Origin: Alphaproteobacteria bacterium
GTDB lineage: Bacteria; Pseudomonadota; Alphaproteobacteria; UBA828
NCBI GenBank assembly: GCA_965221125.1
Contig: CBDCRW010000007.1
Span: forward strand, 512,001-576,000
DNA: 64,000 nt
Direction of reading: 5' to 3'
A program made the translations under genes and the position numbers. This document shows positions 49,919 to 57,758 of the stretch, one piece after another; the first letter of the stretch is position 1; each line of letters starts with the position of its first letter. The notes under the pieces were generated by a model. That model saw nothing but the letters and a program-made list of their open reading frames with translations, ran no database searches and was not told the DNA's origin.

Positions 49919-50133
49919 CCGGCGGGCCGCTCTGGTCCGTCAGTGTTTCGGATCCGATTTCAGGGAGAGTCATTCGAGCTCGATTCAGAATGGTGATCGG
50001 CGCGGTCGTCGCTCCTGCCCTTTTGGAGGGGCGTTCACCGCATCAACCCGCCGGTCTGGGCTAAGTCGGTTGGACCCGACCGCCCGTTTCCATCCCGCGC
50101 CGCCCTGCCACAGAGGGCGGCGCAACTCCTTTG
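49919..50133 (+). ncRNA. Candidate structured RNA (or small-peptide mRNA) between convergent promoters
   Basis: CCGGCGGG (49919-49926) pairs with CCCGCCGG (50047-50054). Further hairpins follow, including a 10-bp GCGCCGCCCT/AGGGCGGCGC stem before CTCCTTTGT. No long ORF. Confidence 0.4.
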
Positions 50134-50159
50134 TATAGAGGGATTCTCGCTCCCGTCAA
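50132..50159 (-). promoter_or_regulatory. Sigma70-like antisense promoter inside the IS
   Basis: Minus strand TTGACG-N16-TATACA. Confidence 0.5.
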
Positions 50160-50642
50160 CCGGCATCCCCGCCCGTTCTTAACCCTTTGCTTTTACGTTA
50201 TTTTCGTAGTTTTGGGTTCCTTCTGCCGCTGACCTTATCGCTCTCGCGTATATGACTTTGACGCGCCTCCGCCTCGCGGTGCCCTCGACTCCATCCATCC
50301 CCGCCGTGCCGGACGTGCCCGCGCTGCCCACGGTTCCCGAAATCTCCGCAGAGGCCGCTGAGCGCCCCGTCAGCGCCGCTGCCGATTCTCCCACCCCTCG
50401 CCCTTCAGCCGTCGAGCGCGCCTCTCCACCCGGTTTTCGTCGCGTCCGCGTCCGCGACTAGGCCCCGCGTCCCCATTCTGCCGTCCCCCTGACGGTCCGC
50501 AAATTTCTTTGCGGACCATCTGCAACTTTCCCCGTCCTGATCATTATATGCCTGGGTGCAGTCGGCTCTCCCTGCGCTCGCCCCTCCGCTCTCCCCGCGC
50601 GATTACCGCCAAACTTCTCAGCGGTGGCAGCGAATCCGGGGC

Positions 50643-51614
50643 ATGCCCCAAGCTGCACCCGGCAAGTTCTATCGTCAGGGCATCTCCTGGCCCGAACTGT
50701 TCGCCCGCTTCCCCGACGACGCGGCCGCCGAGGCGTGGTTCGAGGAGCAACGTTGGGGTACTCCTGGTCAGCCGTCCTACTGCCCGCTTTGTGGTGACAC
50801 GGAGCGCCTCCGCCCCACCCCCAACCGCCGCCCGCTCCCCTACTGGTGTGGCGCTTGTCGGTCGTACTTCTCCGTCCGCACCAACACCGTCATGCACCGT
50901 TCCAAGCTCCCGCTCCAGAAATGGGTCATCGCCATCTACCTCTGGGCCACCTCGCTCAAGGGCGTGTCCTCGATGAAGCTCCACCGCGACCTCGGCATTA
51001 CGCAGAAGTCCGCGTGGTTCCTCGCCCAGCGGCTGCGTGCCGCTTGGTCCGCCCCTGCCGACGCGCCGCCCCCGCCGCCCTTGTTCGCCGGTCCCGTGGA
51101 GGTTGACGAGACCTACCTCGGCGGCAAAGAGCGGAACAAACACGCCAAGAAGAAGTTGCGCGCCGGGCGGGGTGCCGTCGGCAAGACCCCCGTTGTTGGT
51201 GCGCTCGATCGCACCGCCAACCAGATCGCTCTCGCCGTGCTGCCCTCGACCGACCGTCCCACCCTGCACGGCTTTATCGAGCAGCACGTGCAACCGGGTG
51301 CCCAAGTGTATACCGACGAGGCCAGCGCCTATCAGCGCATGCCGTTCCCGCACGACGCTGTGAACCACTCGGTCGGCGAGTACGTCCGCGACCAAGCGCA
51401 CACCAACGGCATCGAGTCCTTCTGGGCGACCTTGAAGCGCGCCTACGCCGGCACCTACCACCACATCTCCCCCGAGCACCTCCACCGCTACGTCGGCGAG
51501 TTCGCCGCCCGCCACAACCTCCGCACCCAAGATACCGAGGCTATGATGGCCGAGGCGGTGGCGCAGATGATCGGCAAGCGCCTCACCTACAAAGAACTGA
51601 TCGGGAAGAACTGA
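50643..51614 (+). CDS. IS1595-family transposase
   Basis: Zinc ribbon CPLC...CGAC, FSVRT.T.M..S..PL.KW, KG.SS..L.R.L.I.QKSAW, VEVDETY, YTDE, HTNGIESFW..LKR, KRLTY.EL. Confidence 0.96.
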   Translation: MPQAAPGKFYRQGISWPELFARFPDDAAAEAWFEEQRWGTPGQPSYCPLCGDTERLRPTPNRRPLPYWCGACRSYFSVRTNTVMHRSKLPLQKWVIAIYLWATSLKGVSSMKLHRDLGITQKSAWFLAQRLRAAWSAPADAPPPPPLFAGPVEVDETYLGGKERNKHAKKKLRAGRGAVGKTPVVGALDRTANQIALAVLPSTDRPTLHGFIEQHVQPGAQVYTDEASAYQRMPFPHDAVNHSVGEYVRDQAHTNGIESFWATLKRAYAGTYHHISPEHLHRYVGEFAARHNLRTQDTEAMMAEAVAQMIGKRLTYKELIGKN

Positions 51615-51635
51615 CTTTATGCGAAGATTATTCCT

Positions 51636-51662
51636 TGTGGAAAACTTGTATTGTGTGGATAA
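51636..51662. promoter_or_regulatory. Two DnaA-box-like 9-mers downstream of the transposase
   Basis: TGTGGAAAA (one mismatch) and TGTGGATAA (perfect reverse complement of TTATCCACA), 18 bp apart, each followed by CTTG. Confidence 0.55.
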
Positions 51663-51752
51663 CTTGAATCGACTATCGTTGGGTTTTTAACGGTTTGTTA
51701 GACTCGAGTTTGGTCGAAGGTGTCGGTGGGGCCGCGAGGCTCGTCCGGTGTT

Positions 51753-51843
51753 TGGCGGAGGAGGTGGGATTCGAACCCACGGTACGGCACAGCCGTACAC
51801 CGGTTGCCTAGACCGGCGCCTTCGACCGCTCAGCCACTCCTCC
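51753..51843 (-). tRNA. tRNA with a serine-type body and atypical anticodon loop (AGG anticodon, C37)
   Basis: GGAGGAG/CUCCUCC acceptor stem, G73, encoded CCA, D-loop GG, CCGGU-CUAGGCA-ACCGG anticodon arm, 7-bp variable arm GUACGGC/GCCGUAC, GUGGG-UUCGAAU-CCCAC T arm. 91 nt. Confidence 0.93.
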
Positions 51844-51855
51844 GCGACCTTAGAC

Positions 51856-51885
51856 ACCATAACTTGATCGCGTGGCGGTCGTCAA
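51856..51885 (-). promoter_or_regulatory. Sigma70-like promoter of the tRNA gene
   Basis: Minus strand TTGACG-N18-TATGGT, ending 12 nt before tRNA G1. Confidence 0.6.
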
Positions 51886-51982
51886 CGCAACAGGTCGCCG
51901 GATACGCCAGATGTAGCAAGCCGGCGCCGGCTTGCTACATCCCGCCTGCCTCGTGAGGCGCATCAGTTCCAGCATCTAGCGA

Positions 51983-52011
51983 TTGCGCCCGCATTGTGCC
52001 TCCGTTACGCT
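51983..52011 (+). promoter_or_regulatory. Sigma70-like promoter for structured RNA copy 2
   Basis: TTGCGC-N17-TACGCT. Predicted start (~52019) coincides with the first base of the closing stem. Confidence 0.55.
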
Positions 52012-52018
52012 CTCCCTC

Positions 52019-52144
52019 GTCAATGACACGCGGAGCCCGCACGTCGGGTCGCCCGCCGAATACAACAGCCGCACGACCCGGCACGGGGTAGCTCCCCGCG
52101 CTTGGCGAATAGGCGGGACTTCACGCTATCCGTGTGTCGTTGAC
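52019..52144 (+). ncRNA. Unidentified structured RNA / leader, copy 2
   Basis: 16-bp closing stem (52019-52034 with 52129-52144, two G-U pairs), CCCG/CGGG hairpin, CCCGCC/GGCGGG stem, GAAUACAACA/GAAUA internal loop, GG-UAGCU-CC apical loop. Confidence 0.75.
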
Positions 52145-52213
52145 ACGGCCCGGCACCCGCCGGGCCGCGAGCCGCCCTATATCGGTCGGTTCCAGCGGGC
52201 AGCGGAGGGCGAC

Positions 52214-52588
52214 ATGTGGAAAGCCATTACTCTCAGTCTAGTTCTGGCCTTGAGTTCGGCTGCGCCGACCTGGGCGCAGGATTCTGGCAACGAATTCGTC
52301 ATCACTGTGCCAACAGACTTGGATACGCGCTTGTTCTTTGTGGCGGAGACGCTATCTCCCCATAGGGTGCAAGTGGGGTCGCCGTACAATTATGGTTCGA
52401 TGTACGAAGGTGAGCGGCAACGGCTGGTTCAATTCGCTCGCTGGGGGTGTCAACTCTATGGTCGGGATCGTCTTGCTTATGTCGGAATACAAACCAATGA
52501 TCAACGTTGTGACGAAATGGGTGCGGCCGCCGCCGAGCGCGATCCTCATTGCTACCACATCCACACCTTCGTGTGCGTTGAGCGGTGA
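52214..52588 (+). CDS. Hypothetical secreted cysteine-containing protein (IS passenger)
   Basis: MWKAITLSLVLALSSAAPTWA-QD signal peptide, GGAGGG RBS, four Cys, lower GC, 124 aa. Confidence 0.75.
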   Translation: MWKAITLSLVLALSSAAPTWAQDSGNEFVITVPTDLDTRLFFVAETLSPHRVQVGSPYNYGSMYEGERQRLVQFARWGCQLYGRDRLAYVGIQTNDQRCDEMGAAAAERDPHCYHIHTFVCVER

Positions 52589-52771
52589 GTCGAGTCTCTC
52601 GGCTCGACCTGATGCGCGCCAGTGTTGATGGCGGCGCGTCTAGGAGTTGAACCTAAAACGCCCTGGGGGACGTTCGCTCGGATTGTCAATCCGGCCTCCG
52701 GACCGCCGGAGATGGCGCGCCGCCATCTCCGGGAACCCACAATGTAATTCGCAGATCGCTCTGCTTCGCGC

Positions 52772-52784
52772 TAAGTGATTGATT
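52772..52784 (-). promoter_or_regulatory. IHF-like site next to the right IS end
   Basis: Minus strand AATCAATCACTTA fits WATCAA-N4-TTR, 5 bp inside the IRR. Confidence 0.5.
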
Positions 52785-52861
52785 CCACGTGTCAAGTCAG
52801 GTATATAAATCCCAAAAAAATGTCCTGCCAAACCGAGATACGCCGCATGGGAGCGCCGCAT

Positions 52862-52876
52862 GTTCTCTGTGTGTTC
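52862..52876. promoter_or_regulatory. Alphaproteobacterial LexA box
   Basis: GTTC-TCTGTGT-GTTC, an exact GTTC-N7-GTTC, intergenic. Confidence 0.55.
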
Positions 52877-53034
52877 CATGCGGGGAGGTCGCGGATATGG
52901 TCGTCTAAGGCGGCATCGCGGATGCTCACATCGCGGATGCGCCGGCTGCGTTTCGCCCGCCGCCCGACTATCCTGAACGCCCGCCGGAACGGTTCCGCCC
53001 GCGCCGCACAACCCCACAGCCGGAGGCCAGACGC

Positions 53035-55077
53035 GTGCCCCGAAGCGAAGCGCCATCCCGCCCAGCCGAGAACGATCCGCTGCTCCAGCCCTTCCGGCTG
53101 AAGCACCTCGTGCTCAGGAACCGCATCATGAGCACGAGCCACGCGTGCGGGCTCGCCGACGGCGGCATGCCGAGCGAGCGCTACCAGCGCTATCACGAGG
53201 CGAAGGCGAAGGGCGGGCTCGCGCTCACCATGTTCGGCGGCTCGTCCAACGTCTCGCCCGAGTCCGCGTGGCAGCTGCCGCAGATCAACCTCTACGACGA
53301 GCGGGTCGTCGAGCATTTTCGGCGGTTCGCGCGCCGCATCCATGCCCACGGCGCCGCGCTCATGTGCCAGGTGAGCCATGTCGGCGGGCGGGCCGAGGCC
53401 TACGCGGGCGCGGCGCTCGCCCCCATCGGCCCATCGCCGGTGCGCGAGACCCTGCACCGGGCCTTCGCCCGGGAGATGGACGAGAGCGACATCGCGCGGG
53501 TCGTGGCCGACTTCGCCGAGGCGGCGGCGCGCTGCAGGGACGGCGGGATCGACGGCATCGAGACCTTCGCCGGCGCGCACCTCATCGGCCAGTTCCTCTC
53601 GCCCGCGACCAATCGCCGCAGCGACAGGTTCGGCGGCTCGGTGGAGAACCGCTGCCGCTTCGGGCTGATGGTGCACGAGGCGATCCGCAAGCGAGTCGGC
53701 GATGATTTCGTCGTCGGCATGCGCTTCGTCATCGACGAGGCCGCGCCTGACCGCATCACCTTCGAGGACGGCCTGAAGATGGCCGCCATCTTCGAGGCAT
53801 CGGGCACCATCGACTTCTTCAACGCGATCTACGGCCGCATCGACACGGAGCTGAAGCTCGCCGTGGACTGCATGCCGGGCATGGCCTCGGCCGAAGCGCC
53901 GTTCCTGGCCCGCGCCGGTGCCTTCAAGCAGGCGGTGGGGCTCCCGGTCTTCCACGCGACGCGCATCACCTCGCTTGAGACGGCGCGGCACGCGATCCGC
54001 GAGGGCCTGCTCGACATGGTGGCGATGACCCGCGCACACATCGCGGACCCCGACCTGGTGGCGAAGCTCGCGCGGGGCGAGGCGGAACGGGTGCGGCCCT
54101 GCGTCGGCGCCACCCACTGCATGAGCCCGCTACGCCCGACCTGCATTCACAACCCGTCGACCGGCCACGAGGCTGCGTTGCCGCACGCCATCGAGCGGGC
54201 CGGGACGAGGCGCCGGGTGCTGGTAGCCGGCGGCGGGCCGGCCGGGCTCGAGGCCGCGCGGGTCTCTGCCGAGCGCGGCCATGCGGTGCGGCTTTGCGAG
54301 GCATCCGCGAGGCTCGGCGGGCAGGTGCTGCTGGCCGCACGGGCAAGCTGGCGGCGCGAGCTTGCCGGGATCGTCGAGTGGCGTGCCCGCGAGCTGGAGC
54401 GGCTCGGCGTCGAGGTCCGGCTCGACGCGCCCGTCGAGGCGGAGGGCGACGGCGCGCCGGAGGCCGATGTCGTCATCGTCGCGACCGGGGGCGTGCCCGA
54501 TCTCGACTGGATCGACGGCGCCGAGCACTGCACCAGCGTCCGGGACGTGCTCACCGGCGCGGCGGGCGCGGGCGAGGATTCGATCGTCTACGACGGGACC
54601 GGCCGCCACGCCGCGCTCACGGCGGCGGAGGCGATCAGGCAGGCGGGCGGGGAGGTCGCGTTCTTCGGCCTCGACGGCCACCTCGCGATGGAGATGTCCT
54701 ACGCCGAGCAGGTGGTCTGGCGGCGGCGCACCTACGAGATCGGCATCGAGCCCCGGCTCGACCGGCGCCTGGAACGTGTCGCGCGCGAGGGCAACCGGCT
54801 GCGCGTGACCTTCCGCAACGAACTCACGGACGAGGCGGAAGAGCATGAGACCGGCCGCATCGTGGTCGAGCACGGGACGCGCCCGGCCGACGCGCTTTTT
54901 CGGGGCCTCGCGGGCCGGTCGTCCAACCGGGGCGCCCTCGATCAGAAGGCTCTGCTCGCGGGGGAGCCGCAGCCGGAGGGCGAAGGTTTCCAGCTCTTCC
55001 GCATCGGCGACGCGGTCTCCAGCCGCAACATCTACGCCGCCGTGCTCGACGCCTTCCGCCTGTGCCGCACGATTTGA
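53035..55077 (+). CDS. NADH:flavin oxidoreductase (OYE family; N-methylproline demethylase/DgcA-like)
   Basis: LLQPF.LK.L.LRNRIMSTSH, AKGG.AL, H.HGA..M.Q..H.G, L..QFLSP.TN.R.D.FGGS.ENR, RPCVGA..C, CIHNP.TG, GGGPAGLEAA. Confidence 0.9.
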   Translation: MPRSEAPSRPAENDPLLQPFRLKHLVLRNRIMSTSHACGLADGGMPSERYQRYHEAKAKGGLALTMFGGSSNVSPESAWQLPQINLYDERVVEHFRRFARRIHAHGAALMCQVSHVGGRAEAYAGAALAPIGPSPVRETLHRAFAREMDESDIARVVADFAEAAARCRDGGIDGIETFAGAHLIGQFLSPATNRRSDRFGGSVENRCRFGLMVHEAIRKRVGDDFVVGMRFVIDEAAPDRITFEDGLKMAAIFEASGTIDFFNAIYGRIDTELKLAVDCMPGMASAEAPFLARAGAFKQAVGLPVFHATRITSLETARHAIREGLLDMVAMTRAHIADPDLVAKLARGEAERVRPCVGATHCMSPLRPTCIHNPSTGHEAALPHAIERAGTRRRVLVAGGGPAGLEAARVSAERGHAVRLCEASARLGGQVLLAARASWRRELAGIVEWRARELERLGVEVRLDAPVEAEGDGAPEADVVIVATGGVPDLDWIDGAEHCTSVRDVLTGAAGAGEDSIVYDGTGRHAALTAAEAIRQAGGEVAFFGLDGHLAMEMSYAEQVVWRRRTYEIGIEPRLDRRLERVAREGNRLRVTFRNELTDEAEEHETGRIVVEHGTRPADALFRGLAGRSSNRGALDQKALLAGEPQPEGEGFQLFRIGDAVSSRNIYAAVLDAFRLCRTI

Positions 55078-55220
55078 GCGTTTCCGCTTTGCGCGGAAAC
55101 GCTCAAAGCACTTTTCGCTCACGGCAGCCGGCTTTCAGCCGGCGCCTCCGCGAGGGCGCCGCATTCGCGGCGGGCCGCTGTCGCGGCCTGTCGCGCGTCC
55201 GTCAAAGTCGGACGCGCTCC
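55076..55220. repeat. ~147-bp palindromic intergenic repeat, copy 2
   Basis: Colinear with 17584-17730. It overlaps the stop codon of the upstream gene. Confidence 0.88.
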
Positions 55221-55278
55221 GGACTACTGTGGGCGAGAGTGGCTGCCGCGCCGTGCGCGTCCGTCTTTGACGGACGCT

Positions 55279-57657
55279 CTACGTTTCCGCGCGGGCAGCG
55301 CGGCGGCCGCGCACGAGTTGCGAGAGAAAGACCAGACCGAGCAGCGCGAGGCCGGCGGGATAGATCAGCTCCTTGGGCGGCAGGTCGGTCTGCTCCACGT
55401 CGACGTCCGTGACGTAGTCGCCCCAGTCGATGCCGGCCTGCTCGCCCAGACCGTTCCAGGCGAGGTCGACCACGGCGTAGCGGCCGTCTTCCTCCCGCTC
55501 CAGCCCGACGCCAAAAGTCTCCGCCGGGGTCGCCGCCAGCTCGTCCGGGGTCTCCAGCACGAACAGCTTGTAGCGCTCGCCGTAGTCGGTCTCCCGCGTC
55601 ACGTGCAGGCGGACCTTGCGGCCGGGCTCGGGTGTGAACGTGCCGGAGGCGAAGGACTGGAAGGCGACCGGCTGGAAGGGCGGCGCGATCTCGTCCATGA
55701 AGAAGCCGGGGCGGAACAGCATGAAGCAGGCCGCGGCGAGCAGAATCGCCTCGTACCAGCGCACCTTGACGAACATCCAGCCCTGCGTGAGCGAGCTGAA
55801 GGCGAGGATCGCGAGCAGCGACATGATCGCGACGAGGGCGCCGTGCCAGATGCTTTCCACGCCGATGAGCAGCAGCTCGGTGTTGAACAGGAAGACCAAC
55901 GGCAGGATGGCGGTGCGGATGTCGTACATGAAGGACTGCACGCCGGTCCTCAGCGGGTCCGCCCGCGATATGGCCGAGGCCGCGAAGGCGGCAAGGCAGA
56001 CGGGTGGCGTCGAATCCGCCAGCAGGCCGTAATAGAAGACGTAGAGGTGGACCGCGATCAGCGGCAGGACGAGGCCGGCCGCGTTGCCGAGCTCCACCAG
56101 CACGCCGGCCAGCAGCGAGGCGACCACGAGGTAGTTCGCGGTCGTCGGCAGGCCCATGCCGAGGATGATGCAGAGGATCGCGGTGAGCCCCAGCAGGATG
56201 TAGACGTTGCCGCCGGCGATCGCCTCGACCACGCCCACCATGGCGTTGTTGAGGCCGGTGGACGAGACGGCGCCGACGATGATGCCGGCGGCGGCGACGG
56301 CGACCGCGATGCCCACCATGTTGCGCGCGCCCGCCACCATGCCGACGTAGATCTCGGTGAAGCCGTCGCTCACCGCTTCGCGCATCGGCTGCTCCCCGCC
56401 CCGGGCGGAGGCGATGACGCGCCGCGCGACGATGATGACCATCACCGAGACGATCGAGTAGAAGACCGCACTGTGCGCGCTCCAGCGCTCGACCATCAGC
56501 AGGTAGACCAGCACGACGATGGGAATCAGGTGGTGCGCGCCGCTGAGGAAGGTCTTGCGCAGCGGCGGGATCTCGACGCGCGGCAGGCCCTTGAGGCCGA
56601 GCTTCTTCGCTTCCAGGTGGGAGATGTAGAGCAGCGCGAGATAGCTGAGCACGGCGGGGATCGCCGCCGCCGCGACCACCTCGAAATACGAGATGCCGAT
56701 GAACTCGGCGATGATGAAGGCGGCGGCTCCCATGATCGGCGGCATGAGCTGGCCGTTGGTCGACGCCGCGACCTCGATGGCGCCGGCCTTCACCGCGGGC
56801 ATGCCGATGCGCCGCATCACGGGGATGGTGAAGGTGCCGGTGGTGACGACGTTGGCGATCGACGAGCCGGAGATCATGCCCGTCATGCCCGATGCCAGGA
56901 TCGCCGCCTTGGCCGGGCCTCCGCTGAAGCGGCCCACCATGGCGAAGGAGAGCGCGAGGAAGTACTGGCCCGCGCCCGCCTTGTCGAGCAGCGCGCCGAA
57001 CAGCACGAACAGGAAGACGAAGCCGACCGAGACGCTGAGGGGGATGCCGAAGACGGCCTCGCCCGTCAGCCACTGGTAGCCGATCAGGCGGTTCAGGCTG
57101 AGCCCCTTGTGCGAGACGATGTCCGGCATCGACTGGCCGAAGATCGAGTAGACCAGGAAGACCCCGCAGACGATCACCAGCGGGATGCCGATCGCGCGTC
57201 GCGTCGCGTCGAGCAGCAGCAGGATGCCGACGCCGCCGAGGATGGCTTCGACCGGAACGCCGTTCCAGACGTAGAGCAACCCGTGGCGGGAGACCAGCCC
57301 GTCCCAGCCGAAGAACAGGTAGAGGGCGGCGACGCAGCCGGCGAGCGCGCAGGCGACGTCCCAGGGCGGCAGGCCGCGCTCGCCGAGCCGACGCGAGACC
57401 GGATAGATCAGGTAGCAGAGCAGCAGCGCGAACGAGAGATGGATGCCGCGCGCGGGCACGTCGCCGATGATGGCGAAGTCGAACATGAAGGGGAGGGGAG
57501 AGGCGATCCAGAGCTGGTAGACCGACCACAGGAAGCAGAGCAGGCTGATGAGCAGGGCCAGGCGCGGACCCTGCCGGCGACCCTGGTACTCGACCTTCTC
57601 CAGGGTTTTCTCGGCCTCGGCCTGGGCCGCGGCCGTATTCGGCTGGCTATCCGTCAC
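55279..57657 (-). CDS. TRAP transporter fused permease (TAXI-associated 4TM/12TM)
   Basis: FVLFGALL, GGPAK, GSS.ANV.TTG.FTIP, EVAAS..GQ.MPP.MGAAAF, LGMGLPT, TPPV.LAA. Confidence 0.95.
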   Translation of the reverse strand: MTDSQPNTAAAQAEAEKTLEKVEYQGRRQGPRLALLISLLCFLWSVYQLWIASPLPFMFDFAIIGDVPARGIHLSFALLLCYLIYPVSRRLGERGLPPWDVACALAGCVAALYLFFGWDGLVSRHGLLYVWNGVPVEAILGGVGILLLLDATRRAIGIPLVIVCGVFLVYSIFGQSMPDIVSHKGLSLNRLIGYQWLTGEAVFGIPLSVSVGFVFLFVLFGALLDKAGAGQYFLALSFAMVGRFSGGPAKAAILASGMTGMISGSSIANVVTTGTFTIPVMRRIGMPAVKAGAIEVAASTNGQLMPPIMGAAAFIIAEFIGISYFEVVAAAAIPAVLSYLALLYISHLEAKKLGLKGLPRVEIPPLRKTFLSGAHHLIPIVVLVYLLMVERWSAHSAVFYSIVSVMVIIVARRVIASARGGEQPMREAVSDGFTEIYVGMVAGARNMVGIAVAVAAAGIIVGAVSSTGLNNAMVGVVEAIAGGNVYILLGLTAILCIILGMGLPTTANYLVVASLLAGVLVELGNAAGLVLPLIAVHLYVFYYGLLADSTPPVCLAAFAASAISRADPLRTGVQSFMYDIRTAILPLVFLFNTELLLIGVESIWHGALVAIMSLLAILAFSSLTQGWMFVKVRWYEAILLAAACFMLFRPGFFMDEIAPPFQPVAFQSFASGTFTPEPGRKVRLHVTRETDYGERYKLFVLETPDELAATPAETFGVGLEREEDGRYAVVDLAWNGLGEQAGIDWGDYVTDVDVEQTDLPPKELIYPAGLALLGLVFLSQLVRGRRAARAET

Positions 57658-57758
57658 GAGCGCCCCTGTCCGGCGCGTGTGTCCCCTCGTACCGCCGGGG
57701 CAGTGCGAAAACTAGCGGCCGGCACCCGGTTTGAGGTGCCGGCCGCCATGGTGCAGGG

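Larger units (their letters stand above)
49670..52813 (+). mobile_element. Complete IS1595-family element with passenger RNA genes and an exported protein gene
   Basis: IRL GGGAATTACATACCTGACTTGACA (49670-49693) and IRR TGTCAAGTCAGGTATATAAATCCC (52790-52813) match at 22/24. 8-bp duplication AAAAAAAT at 49662-49669 and 52814-52821. Intact transposase inside. Confidence 0.93.

Noticed and set aside
50252-50461. 69-aa Pro/Ala-rich ORF inside the IS
   Set aside because: It has no RBS or motif and is low in complexity. A leaderless gene cannot be excluded, but it is unsupported.
51805-51811. Amber suppressor (CUA) or selenocysteine reading of the tRNA
   Set aside because: CUA occupies loop positions 32-34, not 34-36. 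The fold is a standard 7/5 serine type with no UCA anticodon.
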